Source: Macrostomum hystrix | Lineage: Eukaryota > Animalia > Platyhelminthes | Reading direction: 5' to 3' | Assembly: GCA_950097015.1 (NCBI GenBank) | Contig: CATNEN010000001.1 | Location: 4,526,001-4,590,000 of the forward strand | Length of the DNA stretch: 64,000 nucleotides | Shown here: piece after piece, positions 1-11,889 of the stretch | How positions within the stretch are numbered: the first letter of the stretch is position 1 | How the letters are laid out: each line of letters begins with the position of its first letter | Notes under the pieces: model-generated | Seen by the model: the letters and a program-made list of their open reading frames with translations, nothing else | Database searches by the model: none | Told to the model about the DNA's origin: nothing | Translations under genes and position numbers: made by a program

Positions 1-235
1 TTCATTTGGGGCGCAGCCGCGGAGAGAAGGCTTGGGGGCTTGTCGTGCAATTTACGCCCTTGAGGGCCAACCTCCAAGGCACAGTGAGAGTGTACACTGC
101 CTGACGATGAGAAAGTCAGGGCAGATGTACACACCTTGTGTGAGTGTGTGCTCAGGAGTCAGCTGAATGGGCAGAATTGCCTCCTCGCTGGCTGTGGGTC
201 TACTGACACCAGATGATGTGCCAGTGTCCAACAGC
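1..235 (+). mobile_element. SINE family A, body and 3' part (5' head cut off by window edge)
   Basis: Reverse complement of the copies at 19597-19875 and 54728-55057 (shared GAGGGCCAACCTCCAAGGCACAGTG...GATGAGAAAGTCAGGGCAGATGTACAC...GGCAGAATTGCCTCCTCGCTGGCTG). Confidence 0.85.
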
Positions 236-399
236 CTCACTGAATATACGTTATTCTTCGTTTACGGCTTTGAAACGAAGCGAGTTCTACAAATTTGTTA
301 CAACATGGTGAGTGGGACTTATGTCGATTTGAATATTATATTCATTTGTTATCTTACTTAACTTCTTTATAGCCTAAACTGCTCCAAAAACATACAATG

Positions 400-697
400 T
401 CCAACAGATTCCTGTCTAACAGACTGTCTACTAGACTTTACTGTGTAAAAGATTGTCTAACATATTGTCTAACAGATTCCACTGTCTAACAGATTCCACT
501 GTCTAACAGATTACACTGTCTAACAGATTCTACTGTCTAACAGATTCCACTGTCTAACAGATTCCACTGTCTAACAGATTCCACTGTCTAACAGATTCCA
601 CTGTCTAACAGATTCCACTGTCTAACAGATTCCACTGTCTAACAGATTCCACTGTCTAATGTCTAACAGATTGTCTAACAGATTCCACTGTTAGACA
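400..697. repeat. 17-bp minisatellite (ACTGTCTAACAGATTCC)n ending in an inverted monomer CTGTTAGACA
   Basis: Direct reading of tandem units. Confidence 0.95.
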
Positions 698-1039
698 ATA
701 AATTAGAAACCAATATTAACCCTACCTAAACAAGAACATGTTAATATTATGGCAATTAAAAAAACTAGCCTAAAGATAAGAAACCTTTGTAAATTGTTGT
801 CGGATTAAATAAACACAGTCATTACAATAAACAAGGCTAAAAATAGACACTAGAAAATAAGGGAACTCTATTTGCCCTGAGTTACTACAGTATATGTGTA
901 TATATAGCATGGAGAGTAAACCAGTTTTAGTAGATTGGGCAGATGAAAAAGCGTCAGGGATTTGCTTGCTTGTGGTGTGCGTGTCTTCCTACTCCCCTAT
1001 CTCCTATAGATTCTCATCAATATGAGCAGCTTCTCAGTA

Positions 1040-1090
1040 CTCACACACACACACAGACAGACACACACACACACACACACAGACAGACAA
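1040..1090. repeat. (CA)n/(GACA)n microsatellite
   Basis: Direct reading. Confidence 0.9.
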
Positions 1091-1194
1091 GGATGGACAC
1101 TGAAAAACTTCCACATGCAACACCAGACCTCATCTCGACCTACTCCACTCACCCACCCCACCCTCCTCGTTCCTCTCTCCCCTATTGAAAGAGG

Positions 1195-1580
1195 GGCTGC
1201 TAAATTGGACCGACCGCGCTGATTGGCTGCAGCGGTCTGAGGCGGGTGGGGTGGGTGGTGAGGATTTTTGGCTGAATATACTTTTTCGCATTAGTCGGGA
1301 CTAAAGAAATAAAAAGCAAGCTGCAAAAGCAGGGCGTCGACTAGGGAAGAGAAATGGAGAGAAGGAGAGAGAGAGAGATAAAGTGAGGTGGCTCAAATTG
1401 GATACTGACCCTTGGTCAACAGTGTTCTCAGTCTCAAGCCAGGTCCTACCTAACTCCCCTCCCTACTCACTACTGTATTCGCCCACTCTTCCCCGTGAAG
1501 ACAGCCAATGAATAGTCTCGGCCGCTAGGGACAGCTGGGTTGAGGGGGGCATTGCTTTTTCCTTCCCATTGGACTTACAA
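1195..1580 (+). promoter_or_regulatory. Candidate promoter region of innexin A (CCAAT boxes, GC-box-like sequence)
   Basis: CTGATTGGCTG at ~1219, GGCGGGTGGGG at ~1241 and CAGCCAATGA at ~1502, in a locally CpG-richer stretch upstream of the ATG at 1852. Motif inference only. Confidence 0.35.
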
Positions 1581-1851
1581 CCAACCCTCCTCCTTTCTTT
1601 CCTATTGCTCCCAAATAATCTCTTCCTGTCTCCTCAGCCGTGTCCGCATCCCATCTCTTTTACCCTCGAGGTGTCAAGAAATCAGAAACTGTTACATTGT
1701 GCTTAGTTTGCCATCTCAAACAAAAACAAATGTTTGTCAGGCAGAAATGAACTGAACGATTAGAGGTTAGGGACATAGACAGTGATTGATAGGGAGCAGG
1801 TGGCGATAATTAAACAGATTCTTAGAGCGGTCCTACGCCTCCACCGGCAGC

Positions 1852-2020
1852 ATGACTCGAGGCGGTGTGATGGACGCCGGGTTCGTCCTGAAGCTTGGCA
1901 GAATATTTAAGACACCTTACGGTGGTCACGGCGTCGATTTTATTGACCAGCTGAACTATCAGTTCACTGGCGGACTAATGACTATATTCATTGTGATCAT
2001 CGGCCTGAGGCAGTATGTTG
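1852..2020 (+). CDS. inx: Innexin A, coding exon 1 (N-terminus + TM1)
   Basis: MTRGGVMDAGFVLKL...VDFIDQLNYQFTGGLMTIFIVIIGLRQYVG matches the innexin DxxDRLNY/TM1/RQYVG pattern; donor G|GTAAGT, phase 1. Confidence 0.92.
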
Positions 2021-2129
2021 GTAAGTGGTTGCTATGCGAACTGGGGACGGCGGGATGGATTGGGTAGAGTAGGCATAATATTTTTTAAGAATACGTAGGT
2101 TAGATTAGGGAAGTGGAGATAGTAGACTG

Positions 2130-2670
2130 CAGAGTAGAGTAGAGTGTAGTTAGAGTATAGTGGAGTAGAGTGAAGTGGAGTGGAGCAGAGTGGAGTCTAG
2201 TGGAGTAGAGTGAAGTAGATTAGAGTAGAGTGTAGTAGAGTGAAGTGGAGTAGATCAGAGTGGAGTAGAGCAGAGTGGAGTATAGTGGAGTAGATCAGAT
2301 TGGAGTATAGCAGGGTGGAGTAGAGCAGAGTGTAGTAGAGCAGAGTGGAGTAGATCAGAGTGGAGTATAGCAGGGTGGAGTAGAGCAGAGTGTAGTAGAG
2401 CAGAGTGGAGTAGATCAGATTGGAGTATAGCAGGGTGGAGTAGAGCAGAGTGTAGTAGAGCAGAGTGGAGTAGATCAGAGTGGAGTAGAGTAGAGCAGAG
2501 TAGTAGATCAGAGTGGAGTAGAGCAGAGTGGAGTAGAGTAGAGCAGAGTAGTAGATCAGAGTGGAGTAGAGCAGAGTGGAGTAGAGTAGAGTTGTGTAGA
2601 TTCGAGTGTAGGATCACGCAGTAGAACAGACAGGGTAGATTATGCGGGAGTGTAGAGTGAAGTAGAGTAA
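2130..2670. repeat. Degenerate pentamer satellite (GAGTA/GAGTG/GAGCA)n
   Basis: Direct reading; G/A-rich on the sense strand, just after the donor of inx-A intron 1. Confidence 0.9.
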
Positions 2671-3204
2671 GCATGGTAGATTGCAGTGTTTGTGGATGTA
2701 GCAGAGATGTGAAATGTTATTGTCAAGGGTAGACTAAACTAGCAAATTTGGGGGGCAATGGCGTAGACACTTAATGACTAATAAATAGACACAGTACCTA
2801 AAGTAAAAGATACACAACTGCTATTTAAAAAAGTCACCGAAAAATCAGGAACTGATGGTCATCGAGCATATGACTGCTAGAACAAAAAAATTATTTACTT
2901 TATTCAGTTCTTGAGCTTAGACAGACATGATCACGCATTAAACTTATATTTATAGTATCTAAAACTAAAAAAATGTCTGAGTTTGAGTTGTTTTACTTTT
3001 CACATTTCATAGCCTAGAGATTAGTGAAGCATTAATTGCTAGCCAGTGCAAGCGAGTGTGGATTAAAAGTTTCATCGACAGATCAGATGATATATATGGT
3101 GTTGTCAGCTGTCAGCACCACTTTGTACGAGTATGAAGTTGTTTTCCACAACTTTATAATTAAAATAATAGCTTTCATCGGTGCTTCCCTGATCTGCGAG
3201 AATC

Positions 3205-3566
<362 letters not shown>

Positions 3567-4189
3567 CGGGTATGTTTTAATCCATCAATCAGTCCACCTG
3601 TCTATCTGAAAGGCTGTCTGTGCAGAGTTACAAAAGCAGAACGGATTCCCCCATCCCAAGCAGTGATTAGTTGCTTCAGTTAGTTTCATCAACATGTACC
3701 TGTCGTCGCTTGTCTTCTGCTTTAGCTAATGTTTCATTGCCGCCTATCTGAGCCCAGCAATAAGCGGCTACCCGAAAGCAGAAAATCCGCCCGGCCCCCT
3801 AATACACCGGGGAATGGGGTTTGTGGAAATTAATTATCCTGGCAACGGACACGCGAGACACTGAATAGACAACACACGAAAAATTCAAGGCTATTTCTAT
3901 TGCCGGCTTCGGGTTTGGAAATACTCGTATTATGGAGGCCTCAGGTAAAGCCTATGTTGTGGAATCTCTTTACTAGGGTTGGCTGAATAATATTTGCATT
4001 TTTTAACCCCTTAGAAAGATTACTTCTTCTAGTAGACAACGAATCATGTGTCCGTTCGTGACTTGGAAATTCTTTACGAAAACACTTTAAAACTATTATT
4101 CGTAGAAAGTTATGTTTTCTAAGAAATAAAGATTGCTAATGAGTTGAGCATTTTTCTAAATTCTTTCTCTACACTTCGGAAAAATTTAG

Positions 4190-4440
4190 AGTCTGAATTT
4201 CTGAATTCTTTCTTAGAATTTCAGAATTCTTTCTTAGAATTTCTGAATTCTTTCTTAGAATTTCTGAATTCTTTCTTAGAATTTCTGAATTCTTTCTTAG
4301 AATTTCTGAATTCTTTCTTAGAAATTCAGAATTCTTTCTTAGAATTTCAGAATTCTTTCTTAGAATTTCAGAATTCTTTCTTAGAATTTCAGAATTCTTT
4401 CTTAGAATTTCTGAATTCTTTCTTAGAATTTCTGAATCCT
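4190..4440. repeat. 21-bp minisatellite (TTCTGAATTCTTTCTTAGAAT)n, partly self-complementary
   Basis: Direct reading. Confidence 0.93.
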
Positions 4441-5119
4441 TCCTCCTACTCTCCGATTTTTTTTCTCTGAAATTCTAGGTTTTTCTGAATTTCAGAATTA
4501 TTTCTCAGAGTTTCTGGATTTTTCTCCGATTTTTTCAGATTTTTTCTCAGAATTTTATATTTTCTTTAAATTTCGAAACGTATTTTATATTTTCTGAAAT
4601 TTTTTGAAAAAAACTGCTAAATTTTGAATATTTTAATAGCCAACAAACATCAACGCGATAATTAATTGGTCAGAACCGAAATTGGCGACTGTGACTGAAA
4701 TGACTTTATTAAAACCACCAAATCATGACGTGAATTTTGATTTATTCCCGGTTAAGATTAATCAATTTGAGTCAGTCATTTAGAAAAAAATCTAACGGTA
4801 ACTAACGAAACCTTTATACGCATAAATATTCCATGCATAGTAAATAATTGTGGATAGAAAATCGTAGTGTTTTTAGTGATTCCCAGGGGGTAAGAACTGG
4901 GTGGAAATCGAACCAATTATTCGGTTGAAAGAAAGTTTCCTCTCTACTCCGCTACAAAATCGAACTTGGATGGCAAATAGCTAGAGCTACTTTTTTATAG
5001 GCCTCAGTGACTTCGCGTCAGCATTTTTTTGCGAACTGTCAGTGAAGTCTCGCTTCAGCTCTTTGTCTGACTCGACACGGTATCTTCAGTAGTGATAGCT
5101 TTTTTTGCAACTTCTGTCT

Positions 5120-6520
5120 ATCTCACAATCTCAAACGGAGATCTCACAATCTACTTCTCGTGTCTCACAATCTACTTCTCGTGTCTCACAATCTACTTCT
5201 CGTGTCTCACAATCTACTTCTCGTGTCTCACAATCTACTTCTCGTGTCTCACAATCTACTTCTCGTGTCTCACAATCTACTTCTCGTGTCTCACAATCTA
5301 CTTCTCGTGTCTCACAATCTACTTCTCGTGTCTCACAATCTACTTCTCGTGTCTCACAATCTACTTCTCGTGTCTCACAATCTACTTCTCGTATTATTAC
5401 AATCTACTTCTCGTATTATTACAATCTACTTCTCGTATTATTACAGTCTACTTCTCGTATTATTACAATCTACTTCTCGTATTATTACAATCTACTTCTC
5501 GTATTATTACAATCTACTTCTCGTATTATTACAATCTACTTCTCGTATTATTACAATCTACTTCTCGTATTATTACAATCTACTTCTCGTATTATTACAG
5601 TCTACTTCTCGTATTATTACAATCTACTTCTCGTATTATTACAATCTACTTCTCGTGTCTCACAATCAACTTCTCGTAATATTACAATCTACTTCTCGTG
5701 TCTCACAATCTACTTCTCGTAATATTACAATCTACTTCTCGTATTATTACAATCTACTTCTCGTATTATTACAATCTACTTCTCGTGTCTCACAATCTAC
5801 TTCTCGTATTATTACAATCTACTTCTCGTATTATTACAATCTACTTCTCGTATTATTACAATCTACTTCTCGTGTCTCACAATCTACTTCTCGTATTATT
5901 ACAATCTACTTCTCGTGTCTCACAATCTACGAGCTACTTCTCGTATTATTACAATCTACTTCTCGTGTCTCACAATCTACTTCTCGTATTATTACAATCT
6001 ACTTCTCGTATTATTACAATCTACTTCTCGTATTATTACAATCTACTTCTCGTATTATTACAATCTACTTCTCGTATTATTACAATCTACTTCTCGTGTC
6101 TCACAATCTACGAGCTACTTCTCGTAATATTACAATCTACTTCTCGTATTTTTACAATCTACTTCTCGTATTATTACAATCTACTTCTCGTATTATTACA
6201 ATCTACTTCTCGTATTATTACAATCTACTTCTCGTGTCTCACAATCTACTTCTCGTATTATTACAATCTACTTCTCGTGTCTCGGTATACTTCTCGTATT
6301 CTCACAATCTACTTCTCGTGTCTCACAGTCTACTCCTCGTATTATAACAATCTACTTCTCGTGTCTCGGTCTACTTCTCGTATTATCACAATCTACTTCT
6401 CGTGTCTCACAGTCTACTTCTCGTATTATAACAATCTACTTCTCGTGTCTCAGTCTACTTCTCGTATTCTCACAATCTACTTCTCGTGTCTCACAGTCTA
6501 CTCCTCGTATTATTACAACC
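5120..6520. repeat. 21/22-bp two-variant minisatellite (ACAATCTACTTCTCGT + GTCTC or ATTATT)
   Basis: Direct reading. Confidence 0.96.
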
Positions 6521-8384
6521 GATTTCTCGTATCCCAAAATCTATTCACTGTCTGCCTCTAAGTCAAAGTCAAGGTGTACTTTAATGACATCTGTATGTTT
6601 CCACCGGCCTTTCGCCCTCAATTCTTACCATCCCCATTATTTTTTTCAACTTGCGTGAAAGCCTACATAAATCACTTTTGCTTGTTGATTTTTGCGAGTA
6701 AAATAATTTTCAGTTCAGCATGGAAACATGCAGTAGGAAAATTGCATTCAGGAGAAAGTGAAAACAGCTAAAAGACAATCTGCTAACAAGAAAAAGATAA
6801 CTAATGAGAAGAAATTCCACAAAAAGGCAAAATTCCTAGTCTGCCTCTAGTCTAACACTGGCTTCCCTACACTGTCATGATAGTGATTGATGCCGTTGAA
6901 GAAAACGAGTAAAACTAATATTCGCACACACGACTGCAGACTGAATTGGTCCCCCTTAAACTCGCAAGATTAATTGGGAATGGTCTGCATTCAGAGTTGA
7001 GATAAAAATATGGGAAATCGATTGCGTGTTTCCAATACACATTAACACTAAATCCGATGACTGTGTGCTCATGAATTTTTTCCGGTCAAATTTGGTATAG
7101 TTAAAGTAAAACAAACTCAATCGATACCCAACAAATGAAAATAATCTGTATAAGTTAGGATGCTATTTTTAGAAAAAGTAAGAGGGGAAACCCAAGTCCA
7201 GCATTTTAGATACTTTACGTACTTAGGGAAATCCCAATATCGAACACGCTCAATTTCAGCACGTGACTGGCTTCAGCCAATGAAGTTGATTCTCCGAGAA
7301 GGGTGGAAGAACTGCTATTGATTATTTTAGAAAACCCCTTTATAACAAGTTCAGCACGTGACTAGGCTCAGCCAATAGAAATAAAGATACGAAAAGAAAA
7401 ACAAAAGTTTTCTTAATGATAGTAGTTTAAATCAGTTTGCTTTTTGAAGGCCTATTTATCTTTATTTTGAATACGGCTTTAATACTCCTACTAACCTAGC
7501 TTTCCAAGTAGATTCAATAAATTTCAAAGTAAACAATCATCTTCATTCAGGTATGAATTCATTTAAATGAAAGTAGAGTTTGCCTTTTTAAAAGCAAACA
7601 GGACGCTTTGCCCCTGCCATCACTCTACTCTGTATTTCTAATCTGTTCATCAAATTAAAAGCATCCGTTCTTGGGGAAATTGAATGGAACTATCCAATAC
7701 TTTCTCATAGCAACGCCTATCGGACATTTTCGAGTTTTTGTCCTTGAGAAAAAAATATCCCGGAAGGAAAAATCTCAGCATACTCAAAGGCCACTTTCTT
7801 CCTCAATCTCCATTTTATCGTGCTCGCTCGTTCGCTCACTGTCCCGTTGAACAACTTTGTTATAGCTGACACTGAAGTATAGGCACAGCTTTGAGTCCTA
7901 TCTTACTTCCCCTTGCCTCGCTCTCTTGAGTCCTGAGCTATAGCTGAATTATTCAATGGCTAACCAGACAGGAGTAAGGAAGGAGTGTGTCAGGGGGTGG
8001 AGGGAAAAGGGAGTTAAGCCTAGCCCCGACTTTAAGGCAGTGAAGTGGGCAACATTCCCCCCCCCTACGACGCAGGAGAGATTTAACCGATGAGGGATAT
8101 TTTTGGGGGGATCTTTTAGTTCTTCCATCTGAAGAAGTTTGCCCTGCCGCGGACTAGTGAGTGTGTGTCTTGTTTTCATTGTTGTTAGGGGAAAGATTAA
8201 TTGGATGCAGATAGACGTGTGGGCGAGATGAACTGCGAGATACGTAGTGTTAGTTCTAGGATTCCGTAAAGTACAGGAACTTTTTCCCTGTAGCTATAGC
8301 ATAGTATGAGCTAGAATATTTCAGAACAAAAATAACAGTGTAATAACTCCTGAAATCGGATAAAATTCTCCTTTATCATAAGGA

Positions 8385-9495
8385 ATCCCATAACAACCAA
8401 TGTAAGAATCCCATAGCAACCAATTTAAGAATCCCATCGCATCCAATGTAAGAATCCCAAAGCAACCAATGTAAGAATCCCATAGCAACCTATGTATGAA
8501 TCCCATAGCTACCTATGTAAGAATCCCATAGCAACCAATTTATGAATCCCATAGCAAACAATGTAAGAATCCCATAGCAAACAATGTAAGAATCCCATAG
8601 CAAACAATGTAAGAATCCCATAGCAACTAATGTAAGAATCCCATAGCAACCTATGTAAGAATCCCATAGCTACCAATGTAAGAATCCCATAGCAACCAAT
8701 TTATGAATCCCATAGCAAACAATGTAAGAATGCCATAGCAACCAATGTAAGAATCTCATAGCAACCAATAAGAATGCCATAGCAACCAATGTAAGAATGC
8801 CATAGCAACCAATGTAAGAATCCCATAGCAACAAATGTAAGAATCCCATAGCAACCAATGTAAGAATGCCATAGCAACCAATGTAAGAATGCCATAGCAA
8901 ACAATGTAAGAATCCCATAGCAACCAATGTAAGAATCCCATAGCAACCAATGTAAGAATCCCATAGCTACCAATGTAAGAATGCCATAGCAATCAATGTA
9001 AGAATCTCATAGCAACCAATGTAAGAATCCCATAGCAACCAATGTAAGAATCCCATAGCAACCAATGTAAGAATCCCATAGCAACCAATGTAAGAATGCC
9101 ATAGCAACCAATGTAAGAATCCCATAACAACCAATGTAAGAATGCCATAGCAAACAATGTAAGAATCCCATAGCAACCAATGTAAGAATCCCATAGCAAC
9201 CAATGTAAGAATCCCATAGCTACCAATGTAAGAATGCCATAGCAATCAATGTAAGAATCTCATAGCAACCAATGTAAGAATCCCATAGCAACCAATGTAA
9301 GAATCCCATAGCAACCAATGTAAGAATCCCATAGCAACCAATGTAAGAATGCCATAGCAACCAATGTAAGAATCCCATAACAACCAATGTAAGAATCTCA
9401 TAGCAACAAATGTAAGAATCTCATAGCAACTAATGTAAGAATCCCATAGCAACCAATGTAAGAATCCCATAGCAAACAATGTAAGAATGTGATAG
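8385..9495. repeat. 23-bp minisatellite (GAATCCCATAGCAACCAATGTAA)n
   Basis: Direct reading; ends ~70 bp before the exon 2 acceptor. Confidence 0.96.
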
Positions 9496-9560
9496 CAAAA
9501 AATGAAAGCAAACATTGAAGGCAGTTACTAAAGCAGGTGCAATTAACCCACGCATTTCAG

Positions 9561-10197
9561 GCAAACCAATTCAGTGTTGGGTTCCGCAGGAATTCTCCAA
9601 AGCTTGGGAAGATTTCGCGGAAAACTACTGCTGGGTATCCAACACCTACTTTCTGTGGCCAAATCAGGACATACCGATGAAAACGGAAGAATTATCCAAG
9701 ATACAATACCTGACCTATTACCAATGGGTTGCCATTGTCCTAGCTGGCCAGGCAATGCTAACTTGGGTACCGCATCTAATCTGGCGAGTCGGTGCTCGAC
9801 GACTGCCAATCTTGATCAAGAACGCCCGCAATGCTGCAGTGCCAGACAATGACCTGCGTCGCAAAGCCGTCCAGTGCCTGGTGGCCGCTCTTGAAGAACA
9901 GGCCGAAGCTTCTAATAGGCATCGGCGTCTGCGAAACACAATCGAAAAATTTCTGTTCTGTCTAAATCCGACAATGCGACTGACCCTGCTGTTTGTCATG
10001 GTTAGGCTGCTGTTCATTGGCAATGCGATTGGTCAGATCTACTTGATGCGACAATTCTTAGGCACGAAATCGGTGCTGTTTGGCTACGAAGTGTTGACTA
10101 AGCTAATTGCTGGAGAGGAATGGCAAACAACCGGACACTTTCCTAGGGTCACCTACTGCCGCATACCGATTCGCAAACTGGGCGTCAAAAGCGAAGT
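9561..10197 (+). CDS. inx: Innexin A, coding exon 2
   Basis: Acceptor TTTCAG|; GKPIQCWVPQEF..WEDFAENYCWVSNTY, YYQW signature, FPRVTYC; donor GT|GTGAGT, phase 2; frame is continuous with exons 1 and 3. Confidence 0.95.
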
Positions 10198-10309
10198 GTG
10201 AGTCCGTTTGAGTTTCATCTTTGATTGCTTTTTTTAACTATTTCACAAAATATAAGGTGAGAAATTTATGGGGAGAAAAAGTTAGGGAGTGAAAAAAATT
10301 AAGGAGGAG

Positions 10310-11250
10310 AAAGTTAGGGGTGGGAAATTGATGGGGTGAGAAAGTTAGGGGTGGGAAATTTATGGAGTGAGAAAGTTAGGCGTGGGAAATTGATGGGGTG
10401 AGAAAGTTAGGCGTGGGAAATTGATGGGGTGAGAAAGTTAGGGGTGGGAAATTGATGGGGTGAGAAAGTTGGGGTGGGAAATTTATGGGGTGAGAAAGTT
10501 AGGGGTGGGAAATTGATGGGGTGAGAAAGTTGGGGGTGGGAAATTGATAGGGTGAGAAAGTTGGGGGTGGGAAATTTATGGGGTGAGAAAGTTAGGGGTG
10601 GGAAATTGATGGGGTGAGAAAGTTGGGGGTGGGAAATTGATGGGGTGAGAAATTTAGGGGTGGGAAATTGATGGGGTGAGAAAGATAGGGGTGGGAAATT
10701 GATGGGGTGAGAAATTTAGGGGTGGGAAATTGATGGGGGGAGAAAGTTAGGGGTGGGAAACTGATGGGGTGAGAAAGTTCGGGGTGGGAAATTGATGGGG
10801 TGAGAAAGTTAGGGGTGGGAAATTTATGGGGTGAGAAAGTTGGGGTGGGAAATTGATGGGGTGAGAAATTTAGGGGTGGGAAATTGATGGTGTGAGAAAG
10901 TTGGGGGTAGGAAATTTATGGGGTGAGAAAGTTGGGGGTGGGAAATTTATGGGGTGAGAAAGTTGGGGGTGGGAAATTGATGGGGTGAGAAAGTTAGGGG
11001 TGGGAAATTGATGGGGTGAGAAAGTTGGGGGTAGGAAATTTATGGGGTGAGAAAGTAAGGCGTGGGAAATTGATGGGGTGAGAAAGTTAGGGGTGGGAAA
11101 TTGATGTGGTGAGAAAGTTAGGGGTAGGAAATTGATGGGGTGAGAAAGTTCGGGGTGGGAAATTGATGGGGTGAGAAAGTTGGGGGTAGGAAATTTATGG
11201 GGTGAGAAAGTTGGGGGTGGGATATTTGTGCGGGTGAGAAAGTTAGGGGA
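10310..11250. repeat. ~32-33-bp G-rich minisatellite (GGGGTGGGAAATTGATGGGGTGAGAAAGTT(A/G))n
   Basis: Direct reading; multiple G-runs per unit (G-quadruplex potential). Confidence 0.96.
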
Positions 11251-11889
11251 GTGAGACGATTGGAGATGAGAAACAGGAGAGTAAAACGACGCAACTGGGT
11301 TCTGATTAATTAATTTCTCTGAGTCGAAACAGTCATGATAGTCCGCCAAAAGCGATGACAATTTTAATCAGGACTAATATTTTTCTCCGATTCCTTACTA
11401 ATCAGAACAACTAACTACGAGTAAGAGATTTAAATGAGAAGACTTGATTGACTTTGATTAAGAACCATGGAAGAGCTGCCTTTCTTAGAAATTGAGACTT
11501 CGACTTTTTTGTGAGTCGGCGAATCGAAGAAAAAATGGGGGAAATAATCAAAGCCAGAAATTATTCATAACCACTTCTTGGGAAGTAGATCTTTCAGGAT
11601 TTTTAGAATGGGATTCCATAGCAGGGCTAGCGGAAAATGGTAGGGATAAAATGAGGATTTCTCTGGCCTATTAGAGAAAGAGAGAGATGAAGGGGAAAGG
11701 GGAAATTTGGGATTTTGATCCTCATAGCTCGTACATTTAGATTTGAAAAGTAGTGAAGAAGTAAGGACTGAGTTTGGTCTGGGGTGTGCTCAGGATTTGA
11801 GCACAATTCTAAAAAACTCATTCCATTGCATGAATTGATAAATTTGAAAATTTCGAGAATTTTTTTCTCTGATTGAAATTAATATTTAT

